From positions 248,001 through 312,000 of the forward strand of contig RSEE01000070.1 in assembly GCA_003971905.1 (NCBI GenBank): a stretch of DNA of 64,000 nt, written 5' to 3'. Both the position numbers and the translations under genes were made by a program. The notes beneath the pieces are model-generated. The model did not search any database and had not been told where the DNA came from. It saw only the letters and a list, made by a program, of their open reading frames with translations. The stretch's first letter is position 1. The number at the start of each line of letters is the position of its first letter. This stretch comes from Moniliella sp. 'wahieum' (Eukaryota). Of this stretch, positions 50,072 to 63,335 are shown piece after piece.

Positions 50072-52831
50072 TTAGGCCGGGGTGATTGCCTTGCTCACTT
50101 GTTCCCGCGCCCACGTGGCCACTTGCCGCGTTGACCGTTCGTGGTGCTTGCTCCGGCCGGAGCGGATAAAATCGGCGACCCAGTCTTGGGCCAACGCTTC
50201 GACCAACTGGCGATTGGGGAACGTAGCTGCCACATCGCCCAGCAACCCGAGCGCGCCTGAGAGAAGCGTCTCGGTGCGGTATTCAGGATCGGAATGGACG
50301 CTCTTGATAAAGACCAGAATGGTCTCTACGTACGGAGCGATCAGCTCCGCTCGCTGGTCCGCCCGAATACCCGACACGATACCCACATACGAGTCGCAGA
50401 CGCCTTCCCGCAGTTGATTGACGTAGTCAAGCATGTCGTACCCGTCACTTGCAACTTAGATGCCTGGTCCAACACGATCATGGTCGCTGACAAGTAAGGC
50501 TCAAACCCAGCTCCAAGAGCTAGAGCAATGTCGCCAAAGCAACTGAGGATAGGTGGCTTGACCGAGCGTTGGAGGGTAGGAGAAGAAAGGTTGTCATACA
50601 GCACTTGGATCCACGACCCACAGTAAGGTGCCGCGACCTTGCCCAAGGCTCGGCAAATGTCCCCAATAATCCCAACTGCAATCGAGCACAACTGGAAGTC
50701 CTCATGGTTGTGCAGAGCACCCACCATAAACGGCTGGAACGCATCGAGGTACTTGGCAAAGTCCGCCTCCAGCGCTGCGATCACGGCAGCCACCGCCAAA
50801 AACGCATCTTCCAGCACAGTCGACATTTTGGCCCCCGAGGCACCATTGTGGATAAGGGTGAGCAGGTTGGTCATTAGCTGGTCCGCCACCGGCATGATCT
50901 CCCGGCCCAATCGCCTCACCACCGACGTGGCAACGGCAGCCAAGTTGCTTTGCAATTCAGCCCAGTTGTTGCGATCGTCCAGACCGACCAATTGGCCCAC
51001 CAGAGAATTCAGCTTCTCTTGGCGTGCATGACAACCACAAGCAATTGGCTCACGGACGACAGGCAGTCCTTAGGTGCCTGGCTCGCAGCAGTAGACAAGG
51101 CTTCGTACGACGACGTGCGAGCGTTCGACTCGTTGCTGTCCTTGTCGGCTGCGCGCAGCAAGTTCTCAACAATCTCGGGGAAGTAGGGCGAAAGCGGGGT
51201 GGTATCAGCGTCTTCCCCGAGCATCTGCTCACACAGGTTCATCACAGCCCAAGCACAGTTCATCGCAATTCTCGGCTGCTCGTGAATAGCAGACAAAAGT
51301 GCCTTGATCAACAAGGGAAGAACTGTCTGCGTGTCGATGGTTGCCACATGGATGTCGGTGATCCTACCCAACGTCCACGCCGACGTATCCCGCACTTCCA
51401 CCGAGGGGTCTTGGAGCATGCCATGATGGCCGGAAGCGCACTCTGGACCAGTGGTTGAAGTATCGTCTCCGAAGGACCAGCGAGGATAGAGCCAAAGGCC
51501 ATTACGGCGGCCTCGCGGTCGTGCCAGTCGGCATTCTTGATGTTACTCTCGATGAAGGGGACAGTGATGGGCGTGATGGCGTCCCGTACACACTGGGCAA
51601 ACAGCCCAACACTCACGCCTGCCGCTTGGCTACCGTCCACTCATCTTCGTCCGCATCCTCATCCTGCGTCTTGAGCAGGTCGAGCAGAACAGGAACAACT
51701 TGCGGACCTGTTACCTGGGCAAAGTGGTACGATGGCTGGGGCATCAAACCTCTTCCTCATCATCCCGAGCTGCCTCGTCGAGAGCAAGTTCATGGTCGCA
51801 TACCGTACTCCAGAACTCGATGGCTTGAAGCTTGACTTCCGGTTCTGGATCCTTCATACCAGAACCGTAAGCTGGACAGGGCGCATATAGAAAGAAAGAA
51901 AAAATTAGTGGCCTGGAAAAAAAAGACAGGAGGACACGCAGGAGGCGAGGGGGAAGAGGGGGCGTACACCAAAGAGAGCTTGTTCCATGTAAACCTTCAT
52001 CTTCTCGTAGTACATCGGCATGATCTTGACCAGCACGCTGAAGGCAGCGACCTTGATGTCCGTACGGGCATGCTGTGTGTCTTCGCAGACAACTTGCATA
52101 ATGTAGTTGCGTTCGCCCTCGCGATCAAAGTTTTGAGCGACAAATTCAAGCGAGTTCAGGAGCGCATTGAGGCAGCCAGTTGGACGTCGGCGACAGGCTC
52201 CTCCTTGCGCGCGCCCTGGATGACAGCAGTAAGGATCTCGTTGGAATGGCTTTGGAGCGCATCGCTGTGTTGAAGGGTTTCGCAGACAAAGCCAATGGTC
52301 TGTAGGGCCGCTTGACCGAGCTTGGCGTTCTGTGCGTCCGAGGAGGCAGCAAGCAGCTGGGTTAGGAGATCGGGCCACTGGTTCAGTGGGATCTCAATGG
52401 CCGCAATGGCAGAGATCGATTGGGCAGCTTGCGTGGCAACGTGGCTAACCGGCGAGGTCAACGTCTGGAGAGCCTTGGATTTGACATCCAGCCGGGCCTC
52501 TTCTGGGAGCGACTGCCAACGAGCAGCGAGCTCAGCAGAGCGAACAGGGTCGCGTACCGACAGGGCGTTCTTGATTGCGATACCAGCAGCAGCGCGGACA
52601 CTGGGGTCAGCGCCCTCGGTCGCCATCTGGGCCGCCAGGAGAGCCATGTACTGGGGCTGCAGGGGGCACGAAACGGTTAATTGTTAGTGTCACAAACGGG
52701 GCAGACGACCAGAAGCGAGAAGAAGGACGCACATAGTTCTCCTGCGCGGCGTGCTCGAGCTGAGTCTCTGCATTGAGCCGGATGGCAGCATCGGGGGAGA
52801 GGGAGTTGCTGAGAAGGACACCTGCGTCCAT
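50072..52831 (-). CDS. KAP95: Importin subunit beta-1 (karyopherin beta)
   Basis: Reads [126 protein letters not shown]. Introns near 52730-52660 and 51965-51872; frameshifts. Confidence 0.97.
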
Positions 52832-53770
52832 GGTGGGCAGATAGGAGCGGCGGGACGGGGACGCGGAAGCGAGGAGGATAAGAAACAGAACAGCCGCTCG
52901 GAAGGGGCAGGCAGATGCCGGGGCAGCGAGGCGGCGGAGGACGGCGAAGGGCTGCGCAGCGGCGGTGTGGTGGCAGAAGAAAGAAGGCCGCGTGGAGGCA
53001 GCAGCACCCAAGATTTTGCAGCGCAACACAACACCCACCGCCCCCGTGCCGCCCCTGCCCCGCCGCCTGCGTCGCCTGGGCCCACTGGCAGGTGCCCAGC
53101 ACCCGCCCCAGCACTGGCGCTGTGCACGGCAATGCCAACACTGGCGCTGGGCAGTGGCTTTTGCTGAGCACTAGGGTTACGGGCGGTGACTGCACGCGTG
53201 CGGCGCCCAGCAGCGCACGTCCGTACGCGCTGCTGCTCAAAAACACCGCTGGTGCTGCCTTACGTCACAGGGCCGCACACAGGCTCCGTGCCCCACACCT
53301 GATTTTGAGCCGATGCCCGAACGTTTTTCTCCCCCCCACCAGCCGAGTCACCCTCATCAGACAACAACAGACCAACACACCCAACACCCAACGCCACATC
53401 TGCCTCTTCCCACCAGTATGCATAGCTTTGCATATCCAGTGGTCATACAGCGTCCATCTGGCCTCACCGTCCGTTTTTCCCACCGGGACTCCTGGGACCG
53501 AAGACGATTAGTAGAAAGGGTTTCACTTCCTATATAAGACCTAAGACCTATTGGCGCCAATGCAAGCTAGTTGCAGTGTGTGCGTGCTGACATGCACGGA
53601 AAGCATTGTCAGAAGAAGCCGAGTTTGAATGTCACCATGCCATTGGTATACAGGCCCTCAAAAGTACGCAAACCAGTTCGACCTACGAAGCAAGCACTGT
53701 TAATGGTACCACCGCGGGTCGGGCGAGCCAGTCGACGAGGCACCTGCCTGGTCCAAGTCGCAGCAGCAGC

Positions 53771-55786
53771 CTACTTGTCTGGCGGGGCAAACGTCCCAGT
53801 CTTCATCTGAGAAAAGACAGAGGTGGGAGAAAGATCATCCCGGTTCGCCTGCCCCATGAGCGGCATCAGACTTGGCGTACCGTTGCTCCTGTCGTACTGG
53901 AGATACAGAGGCAGGGGAAACAGACGACCAAGTAGAGGTAGACTGTGGGTGCAGTGCCATACCCGGCTGACCCAGGTTCGGTTGCAGGATAGTAGGCTGT
54001 ACCATTCCGGTCGCCATAGGTGCCACCGGGAACGTACCCAAAGGATAATACTGAGGTACGTTACTTATCCGGGCGCATACCACCCAGTCGGGGAAGCAAA
54101 CGGACCCCCCATGTCCCAGGAGCAGGCGGAAGCGCGGGCGTAGCTGCAACGTCATCAAACACGCCATGCAAGGGATACACGGGAGCAGGAGCTTGGGGGG
54201 CGGTTGAGGCTAGGGTGGGGCCGGCTCTGGCGCTGGGGCGGAGGGAACCGGAGCAGGTGGCGGTCCAGCCGAGGGTGACAGAGGCTGCTGGGTCGGAAGT
54301 GGAGACGGTGGTGAGGGGTCTGTGCGGGTTGGGCGGGGGGAGAGGGAGGGATTGGGACGGGTTGGTTGGGTTTGTTTTCCAACCGCTGGGGAGCGGCCGT
54401 AGGGGACTGGGGCCCACCAGGCGAAGCAGACCCATCCACTGAGCCACCGGTAGGTCGCCTGGTATTGCGGTCGGGACGAGATACATCCGTGGGTTCAGGC
54501 GGGCTTGCGCGCGGATGTACTTGCGGAACCGAATAATGTCACCTTCTTTGAGTGTCAAGGTACGGAAAGCGGCGGGGTCCAAATGAGGGAGGACAGAAGG
54601 ATCGACATGTTCTTCCTCAAACACATTGGCGTACCGCTGCGCGTCTTCTTCGTCAATACCAGCCTGGAGGAATTCCTGAACCCATTTCGAGTTGCTCTGG
54701 GGCGGCGAGGGGGCTGAGTGACGAATGTGAGAGGGACTGGTAGCGAGCATTTTGCTCTTTAACTGGAGCTAGTTCACGCTCCAGCTCACGTGTGCGGTGA
54801 AGAGCGTTTTGCTCTTTAGCGCGAGCCAGTTGGCGCTCCAATGACGCGCACGCTCCATTGGACTTGATGTTCACGTTCCTCTGCCTGGAATGTTGTTGCT
54901 CCGCCATCGCTTCCGGCGACTGGCACCACGATGGGTCGCATGGCCAATCCGATGTTTCAGGATGTCCCATCTCCCAATTTTCGTCCGGCCCCACGCTGCT
55001 TCCCATAGCCCATGCTGACCATCACATCGCTGGCCAGACACATCCTGATCATCCTCTCACGGAGACGTTGGCCCGTAACTTCCTCGAGAAATTGAATGTC
55101 AGCTAAGCTCATCAACCTTGGCTCGACGGTGATGAGGGAACCATTGGTCTTGTGTAACCGGATATCCGTTCCCCGTCGGGGCCTGGAGTCAAACCAACAA
55201 AACGCAGCCTCGGTTTGAACGCCCGCTTGTCGTACCATATACGAACATCTGCTTATTTGGCTTCCGGGCGCAAAGGACGACGTGGTTTTGGTGGGTGGAG
55301 GTGCCGAGTGGGCGGCAAGTCCGCTCGACGGCCAGAAGGGAACGAGCTACCACTGTGAGTAGATCCAAGGGAGGCGTTGTGAGAATGGGTAGCACGTTGG
55401 CGGTCATAATCATCATGCCGTTTGGAGCTGAGCTTGCGCCAAAGTTTTTCGTGCGTGCGCGCGGTTGGCTGCGGAGCCGATTGCAGCGACGGTTGGTCGC
55501 GCCGTTGGTGGTGATCATGTCGCCTGGTAGCTTCGTCGTCCTCGAGCTGGCGGAGCTCCTCCTTGCCGCGCAAGCTCTGCCTCCGTAGGCGCATCCGACG
55601 CCGAGGCTACGGAGCGAGGTAGCTGCTGGGCACAATGCCCTGTGCGCCGGCACTTGTGCGCACGAGCGACCAGCCGTCGGCGCCGGTGCGGAGCAAAAGC
55701 ACGCGGTCGTCTTCCTGGACGGTGATTTCCTCGGCATCGGTGGCGCTAAAGTCGAAGAGGACCCGCGCATTGCGGGCTCGGGGCAT
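53771..55786 (-). CDS. Shortened Sla1-like endocytic adaptor (one SH3 - SHD1 - SAM/SHD2 - Pro-rich tail)
   Basis: SH3: ARVLFDFSATDAEEITVQEDDRV..GWSLVR..QGIVPSSYL. SHD1: VRIWYDK..EAAF..IRLHKTNGSLITVEPRLMSLADIQFLEEVTG. SAM: WVQEFLQAGIDEEDAQRYANVFEEEHVD..LTLKEGDIIR. Ends SVFSQMKTGTFAPPDK*. Confidence 0.82.
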
Positions 55787-56378
55787 GGGTGTGGCTCTGG
55801 CCAGTGGCGGTGGTGTGGTCCCACCAGTCAGGGCCAAGGCGGAGCGAATGCCAAGATCTGAGATGCTGCGCTTGAGCGCCAACACCCTGGTTCACATGCG
55901 CTGCCCCCCGTCTCAGCGCCCGCCCCACACAGCCCAGACGCCAAGTGGCTCCACTTAACCCTAAGACCTATCCCTCATGGCGTCAACGTCGTCAACATCA
56001 TTCAACGTCACGCGTCATCCACATATCCACCGCTCTAAGTATAGGCGCTGTCTGGACTGTGAACATGTGAACGTTCAATTGAACGCTTCACAACGCCAGT
56101 CCGCGCGTCTCCCATCCGCTGAGGTAATCTGTTGCCACCCCAGCAGTAGGGTTGCTCGATAGGCTTGCCCGACCCATTTCTAATGTCCCCATCGCACGGG
56201 GGCTACCGGTCCTGCAGACCCGGATGCTGGTCTGTGCCACCCACCCGCCTGCCCTCTCCCCGCTGGGGCGTCTGGTGACCACAGGCAAATTGCAATTGGG
56301 CCTTGCGACTCGGCAAGCTCGTCTCGTCTTGTCTCGTCTCCTCCACCGCTTGCGCCTCACTTGTCCTCTCTGCTCACC

Positions 56379-56568
56379 ATGTCCGCTGTCGCTGGCCAGA
56401 TTGCGCCCATCACGGGCATGCTCCGCAGAGCTTCTTCCGCGACCTTTCCGTTGGTCTGGGCCTCGGCTTTGCCGGTGGCTCCGCCTTCTGGTACGGCATC
56501 CACCACCTGCCCTACGTCCGAAGCGCGACAACTTCTACGCTAAGCTCCAGGCCGAAGGCCAGGAGTAA
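56379..56568 (+). CDS. COX9: Cytochrome c oxidase subunit 9 (VIIa)
   Basis: Joining frames gives MSAVAGQIAPITGMLR(K)SFFRDLSVGLGLGFAGGSAFWYGIHHLPYVR(K)RDNFYAKLQAEGQE*; two missing A bases. Confidence 0.93.
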
Positions 56569-57695
56569 ATTGTTCGTGCGATCCGATCCCTGAAGCACGT
56601 GGTCGCTACGCAGAATAGAGTTGGAGCGGGAACTGTGGTCCTCCTGGGTTCTGCTCTGCGTTCCACTTCCAGGTATGTTTTTTTTTCTGGACGTATCTGC
56701 CTCGCTCGGAGCCCCCATTCGCTGACGCAGGACTTGCTTCGCAGGACGCACTCCCCCCCCCCTTTTTTCTTTTTTCACGGCCGAGTCTAATTAGCATGGC
56801 ATCCTTTCCTCATCGCATTGATCTTTGTATCTCTTCTCTCCTTGGCTGGTAGCAGCGCGAAGGAACACAAGAGGTTGGCGTGCATGAAGGAAAAGGGCAA
56901 GGTTCGTATACCGTAGCTGCTCCACCAGGGGAGGAACCCTGTGCATGGAGCCAAGTGCCATCCCATCTCCCTTGGTTTGTATCACCGATAGGCGGCGCCG
57001 ATTGGCCCGGTCGAAAGTCACATTTGCTTCCCATCTCCCAATCACTGTCATGAGGAGAGAGCCCCCGCGGTGAGACCCACGCCTGTAGTTTAGGGATACA
57101 ATCCCTTGGACGGGCAATCGGAGCCACGTACTTTAGGTCCTGCCCCAGATCCTCCGAGTAGGAGCCGCGTACGTAGGTCGGCAGAGCAGGTGAAGGGAAT
57201 CTAGGAGCTCTGGCGTAACCGGTAACGCTGTTCCCCGCAGCGTCACCAAACTCGAGGCGCTGTAGGTGGAAGCAGGCGCAGTCCTAAAGAAGAGCAAGGG
57301 CTACTGAGAGTAACCGCGGCTGGAGTGTAATCGACAAATTCGTAAAGGTGGTAACGTGAAAGGCGAGAGAGGAACGGAAAGCCGGGGGAGACCAGGGCAG
57401 GACGGTCGACAAGGACCACAGCTAGCAAGTCTTAGACATGGCTGCTTATATACAGAAGGAACCAGGCCTCAAGTGCCTCATGCAGACATGTTAAGCAGAA
57501 CGTGGGAGACTTTCTTAGTAGAGAGATCTCAAGACCAAATAGTTTGAGCCCATCCTCCGCTATCGGGACTCTCAGTTTCTTAGTATGTGTTACTAAGAAT
57601 CAGCCAAGACTGAAGCAGCAACAGTTTAGATCGTAGAGTACATGAACATGTTCTGATCATGACGATTGACCTCAATACTCATTTGAGGATGGTAT

Positions 57696-60039
57696 CTAAC
57701 GTAACGGGGCAGCACGTTTTCGCTTGACTTTGACTGACCTACCTGGACCAGGTCCTGTGGTCGAGGCGAAGAGGGGCGGGCAGAGGAAGGAGCAGAGGAA
57801 CGGTCGGAAGAAGAAAGAGGGGAGAAACAGTAATGCGAACGCGATGCGATGGGGACGATGGTGGTTGCTTCTCGACACAAGTAAGGTCAGTGGGGGCAGT
57901 AGGGTTTGGTACGTGAGGCTCCGCTGGGAGGTCCCTTCTTCGAGTTCCCCTGGGAGGTTCCCTTCCCTTTGCGTGGGGAGCAAGATCGATCGTCCGGTCT
58001 CCCCTCGGGGTCGATCGAACGAGGTAAGAGTAATGGGTCGATAGCCAAGCGCCGATCTGCCGGGAAGAGCGCGAACCGTACCGAGTACTTGCGTCGCGCA
58101 ATCGGATCGCTTCCGTGCGCGAGGCCGGCTTGCCACCCCCTCGTAAATCTTCCGCAACAAACTGACAATCAACTCGGGCATTAAAACCGAGTGAACAAAG
58201 ATGGTCGGGGGAACCGGGTGGATCCGATCGACATCGATCGTGAGTGGAACAAATTCAGTGGGTTTGTCCATAGTGGGAGGAGTACCGTCGGAGCGGATGC
58301 AAGTGGGTGAGGTTCGGAGGAATTATCCGGCCGAGCAGAGTACGTATCTTGTTGTCTTTCTCCCGTGTGGACGAAGGGAAACTCAACGAGGCACCTGGTC
58401 ATAACGTTTCCCATCCTGTTCCCCATAGTACCTGCCCTTTGGTCCGCCACAGCGTCCATCTGTGCTCTGGTGCTCAACGCACGTTGGCCCTGGGTCTTGA
58501 TCCGCTCAAGCAGGCGGTGAACCACGTGCTCTCCTCCGGATGGGCAATGATGGTGGCCAAGCGGGCCCAATGAACGGCTTTGGGAGGTTCCTCAACCCCC
58601 CCACCCGATCGGTCTGTACCAAACTTGACCCGCCCGCGCAAATGAGCGGCATCCAAACGCGTTGGCCACCCCTGCTTCAGTCCGTGGGGGACGGTTACAC
58701 GTTCATCCTCGTGCCGCAGACATACGCCTACCGTCTGTTGCCCGCCCACGTGCCCATGGGTACGATGGAACTCATCGAGCAACGGTTGGAGCATGCGTAC
58801 CAGCGCCGTGGTCATCCTTTTGGGAAGCGGGTTGGAGCAGAAAGGACAGGTCTCCAAGTCCGTGACCACAGTAGGCACAGTACTGGTGAGCGAGCGCTTG
58901 GACCCTGTTGAGGTGGTGGCCGAATTGGCCATGGCCCAAATTTGAGCATCGAGCTTCTGCTTGGACCGGGACGCGTCTGATCCAGCCACCGGGGCTGGCG
59001 TCCGCTCTACCGCGCCAACAGAGCTGGATGCATTGTCAAGGTCCTCAGATTGGACCAAGCGCTGTTGTAGTTGTACATGCGCATGTTCCCAGTGCTCCTG
59101 CTGTTTGCCCACTTCGGCGAGGTGGGCTTTGGTCGGGCCTGACAAGGCTATCGTCTTGAGCGTAGGGCGGGCAGGTGGGTCTTGGGCCGAAGCACAACTG
59201 GACAAGCTACGTTTCGAACGAGGCGGACCGAGGCACTTGAGTTGAACCGGCGGCGAGATGGGCGAGATGGGCGAGATGGGCGTGGGCGTGGAGAGTGCGG
59301 ACCATCCAGATCGGAATCTTCTGACGACTCTTGGGCCAGAATGGTTGCCGAAGTGGCAGCGGCAGGAGCAGCGGTAAGGTCAATTTCCGGACGGACGGAT
59401 CGTTGCCGATCCGAGAGCGGAAGGATGGGAGCTTAAGCCGAGCACGACTGTTAGGTTTGAGAGGGGCGTCCGAGGCCGCTAGATCACTTTGGGAGCTGCT
59501 GGGGGGGTCGCAAGTCGGGTGGTGGTGGTGGGTAGGGTTACGGCTAGAGTAGGTGGGAAGACGAAGTTTGGCTGTTGCCTGCACCGGCGGCGGGGAAGAG
59601 GCGCTAGTGCGGATGGACTGTGGTGGAGGCGGGGAGGAGCGAGACAGATGCGGGGGTTGGCCATACATGCGTACCACCAAGCCCTTGGGCCTGTGCAGGG
59701 GAGCAGCAACATCCAGCTCGTCCGAATCGGAGCCGGGGTCCGTGACGGCATGCGCACGAGCAAGGGGGAGGGAGCGAGGAGCGTGCGGGCGCGGGGACGA
59801 GACTTGGCTGGAGCGGGTGAGGTCGACGGGTGTGGGGTTGGGGCGGCGTTTCTTGGTGGATGGTGCGGGGGGGTGCGCGTCGGCAACGAGCGTGCCGGGG
59901 GGCAATGCTGGCGCCGAGCCGCTGGGTGGCGCGGCGCGGGACGGAGGCGGGGGGCCTATCGGCTGGCCAGGCGGCAGGTCGAGGTCGGAGGAGGGGGGGA
60001 GGGGGAGGGGGAGGAGGAGTGGATGCGGGTGGGCGGCAT
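57696..60039 (-). CDS. RTC4-like domain protein with low-complexity N-terminus
   Basis: Reads CPFCSNPLP, VCLRHEDE..PHGLKQGWPTRLD, IIAHPEESTWF, GYYGEQ, FVHSVLMPELIVSL, RDASTRYG; this pattern matches my recollection of RTC4-like domains. Frameshifted, ends uncertain. Confidence 0.68.
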
Positions 60040-60445
60040 GCTGGTGGAGCTGGCGGCGCCGGGCTGCTGCTGCCTGCGCTGCTGGCTGCCGCGGCGAGTG
60101 CGAGTCGATGGGGTTGGATCGGTTGGATCCAGTACTGCTCCACGCGCAGCCCGCTGCTGGGCCTGCACGTGACGCGTCGCAGGGCGTGTGACCTGCACAC
60201 GTATGATACTTTCAACTGCCCACGTCTGCTCCCGTCGCGAGCTACTCCTGTGCCACGACAGACGCGCCCCCGGTGGCAGTGCCCACAGCGCCCCCGTGCG
60301 TCCTGCGCTTACCTCATCTGCCCACCGCGTCCGCAGCTAGCCAGACAGCGCCCGAGCGGTGCGACTGGATTGGTGCGATGCGATGCGCTGTGCTTGGCCC
60401 GCCCCACCCCACCATCCCATCCCATCCCATCCCACCCCACCCACC

Positions 60446-61185
<740 letters not shown>

Positions 61186-61664
61186 GATTGGTCCGCCGCA
61201 GCGTCACCCCAATGGCACCCGTTCACGTGATCTCATGACATTTGTTTGCCTTTCTGCACCTACCTTTGGCGGACGGCTTCGACGAATAGTAGCAGTCGTG
61301 TCCTTCCCGACGGGCCAACAGGTGGTTTCTCCCCAAAGTAACAATATCGAGTTTGCTTGTCTATAGCAACGCGTGCGCGCTTCAATTTACTATCACAAAC
61401 CGTCTCCCATGATGCATGAATCAGGACAGAGCCATGGATTTTAAGCTGGCACCTTGCCAGAAGAAGGGTACGACATGTAGCAGGCACAAAGCACTGAAGG
61501 GCACACTGTGCTTGAAATGGCAATGCCCAGAACCAGTAAGAGCCAGATGCTCCATTGGAGGCGAGGTGGAAACCCAAGAAAGAGGTTCCAACTTTGAGGC
61601 CAGGAAAACCTGCCTGAGATAGGTTCCCTGCGCAACCGCCAAGCTGTGAAAGCGGTGAAACTGC

Positions 61665-62111
61665 TCACAGACGGCGACCACGGCGACCGCCCTTCCTGCG
61701 GGTCGAGTCGGTGGGGACGGGAGTCACGTCCTCAATGCGGCCAATGCGCATGCCCGAGCGAGCGAGCGCACGAAGGGCCGACTGGGCACCAGGACCAGGA
61801 GACTTGGTGCCCGTGCCACCGGTAGCACGGAGCTTAATGTGCAGAGCAGTAATGCCCACCTCCTTGCAGCGAGCAGCCACGTCCTGAGCAGCAAGCATAG
61901 CAGCGTACGGCGACGACTCGTCACGGTCCGCCTTGACCTTCATCCCGCCCGTCACACGGCTGATCGTTTCCTTGCCCGACAGGTCCGTCACGTGGATGAA
62001 CGAGTCGTTGTACGAGGCAAAAATGTGCGCCGTGCCAAACACAAGCTCACCGTCACCCACCTGGGGGCCGAGAGCGACAGCAGGGGCAGCCGTACGAGTC
62101 TTAGGGGGCAT
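61665..62111 (-). CDS. RPS14: 40S ribosomal protein uS11 (S14)
   Basis: Intact [65 protein letters not shown]. 5'-UTR intron 62388-62118. Confidence 0.98.
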   Translation of the reverse strand: MPPKTRTAAPAVALGPQVGDGELVFGTAHIFASYNDSFIHVTDLSGKETISRVTGGMKVKADRDESSPYAAMLAAQDVAARCKEVGITALHIKLRATGGTGTKSPGPGAQSALRALARSGMRIGRIEDVTPVPTDSTRRKGGRRGRRL

Positions 62112-62486
62112 CGTGAACTGTAAGCAGCAAACCAAGACGTTAGCCATCATGTTTTCATCTCAAGTTGCATGGGGGGGGGGGGGGGGGGGTGAACAGGGGG
62201 GCGACAAGAAGGGAGCCAAAGCGACAGTGCATGTCCCACCGTGGTCCTTCAGACCAGCTTCCAAGGTGCGCTCGACACACGCCGTGGTCGACCACTGCAG
62301 TTGGTGTCGAGCGCATGCGGGAACCTTCCACCCTTCTGGCTTGTGATGCCGCGCATCGATCGCCCCCTTGATGGGTAGGTGCACTTACCTTGAATCCAGC
62401 GAGACCGCGTCGATGGTGAGGACAAAGCAGCTCCCGCCGCTGTGGTTCACGCTGAACGTCGCGTGCTGCGGCCGGTTGTTCATCTC

Positions 62487-62520
62487 TAGGGTTGCGCGCC
62501 GCAATAAAACAGTAGGGTTG
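62487..62520. promoter_or_regulatory. Direct pair of TAGGGTTG motifs upstream of RPS14
   Basis: TAGGGTTG at 62487-62494 and 62513-62520, the same octamer as in the RPL32/RPL16 promoter. Confidence 0.55.
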
Positions 62521-62602
62521 GTTTCTTGCTTGGGCATGTGAACACGTGGACAAATTATCCTTCAGTATTTCAATACTGGCTTTGATGTAGTTGACGCATG
62601 AA

Positions 62603-62682
62603 AACGTTCAACGTTCAACGTTGAAGTTCAACGTTCAACTTGAACCTTGAACGGTTCAAGCTTCAAGCTTCAAGCTTCAAGG
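62603..62682. repeat. Mixed 7-bp-period palindromic array (AACGTTC grading into AAGCTTC)
   Basis: AACGTTC AACGTTC AACGTTG AAGTTC AACGTTC AACTTG AACCTTG AACGGTTC AAGCTTC AAGCTTC AAGCTTC AAGG. Confidence 0.9.
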
Positions 62683-63335
62683 TGCGAGTGTTGGTATAGT
62701 TGGAAGGGTACATCGAACATTGCGGCCGAGGGCTGTTGGCCAGCATATCTAGGTCGCTACAAACTCCACCCCATCTTCCCCACCACCACCTCTGTCCCCT
62801 CGAGACATGCAATCTTGGTGGGGAGATGCACTGAGATACCTCCATCACATCATCCTCCCTGTCCACATGGATGGGAGAACCCTGACTATAGTGACTGTTC
62901 AAGGCCCTATATTCTCCTTTTCATCATGCCTTCTTCAGTAGTGTCCCTCTCCTCAGATCCGCATTCTTCATTCTCTATTCCTCAGATTCTACGAAGGCAT
63001 CTTTTACCGCGTGTGAGTGAGTGAACCATCTCGTGAGCGAACCGAATTAAGCGGTGAGAGATGTTACAGGATAGGAACGTTTGTATCCGTGACATAGTTC
63101 AGATACAATGCCTTGGATGGATGAGGAGAGTGCATAGTGAGGGTATGCTGGTAACGACGGGGACTGTACACTCGGGATGAGGAAAGAGTACTCTGCTGGG
63201 CATAGGAGATGTGCGATCAGAGATCTGAGATAAGGGGAAAGAGACGCAATCACGTGGTCCTCGTAACTGACAACTGGCAACAGGCACCCCCATGGCCAAC
63301 ACACCTCGCCTACACCACGTCCCACCCTACCCACT

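Noticed and set aside
55956..55964. TAACCCTAA as a telomerase RNA template
   Set aside because: It is a 1.5-repeat match, but lies in a ~600-bp divergent promoter with little room for a fungal telomerase RNA; better explained as a telobox promoter motif.
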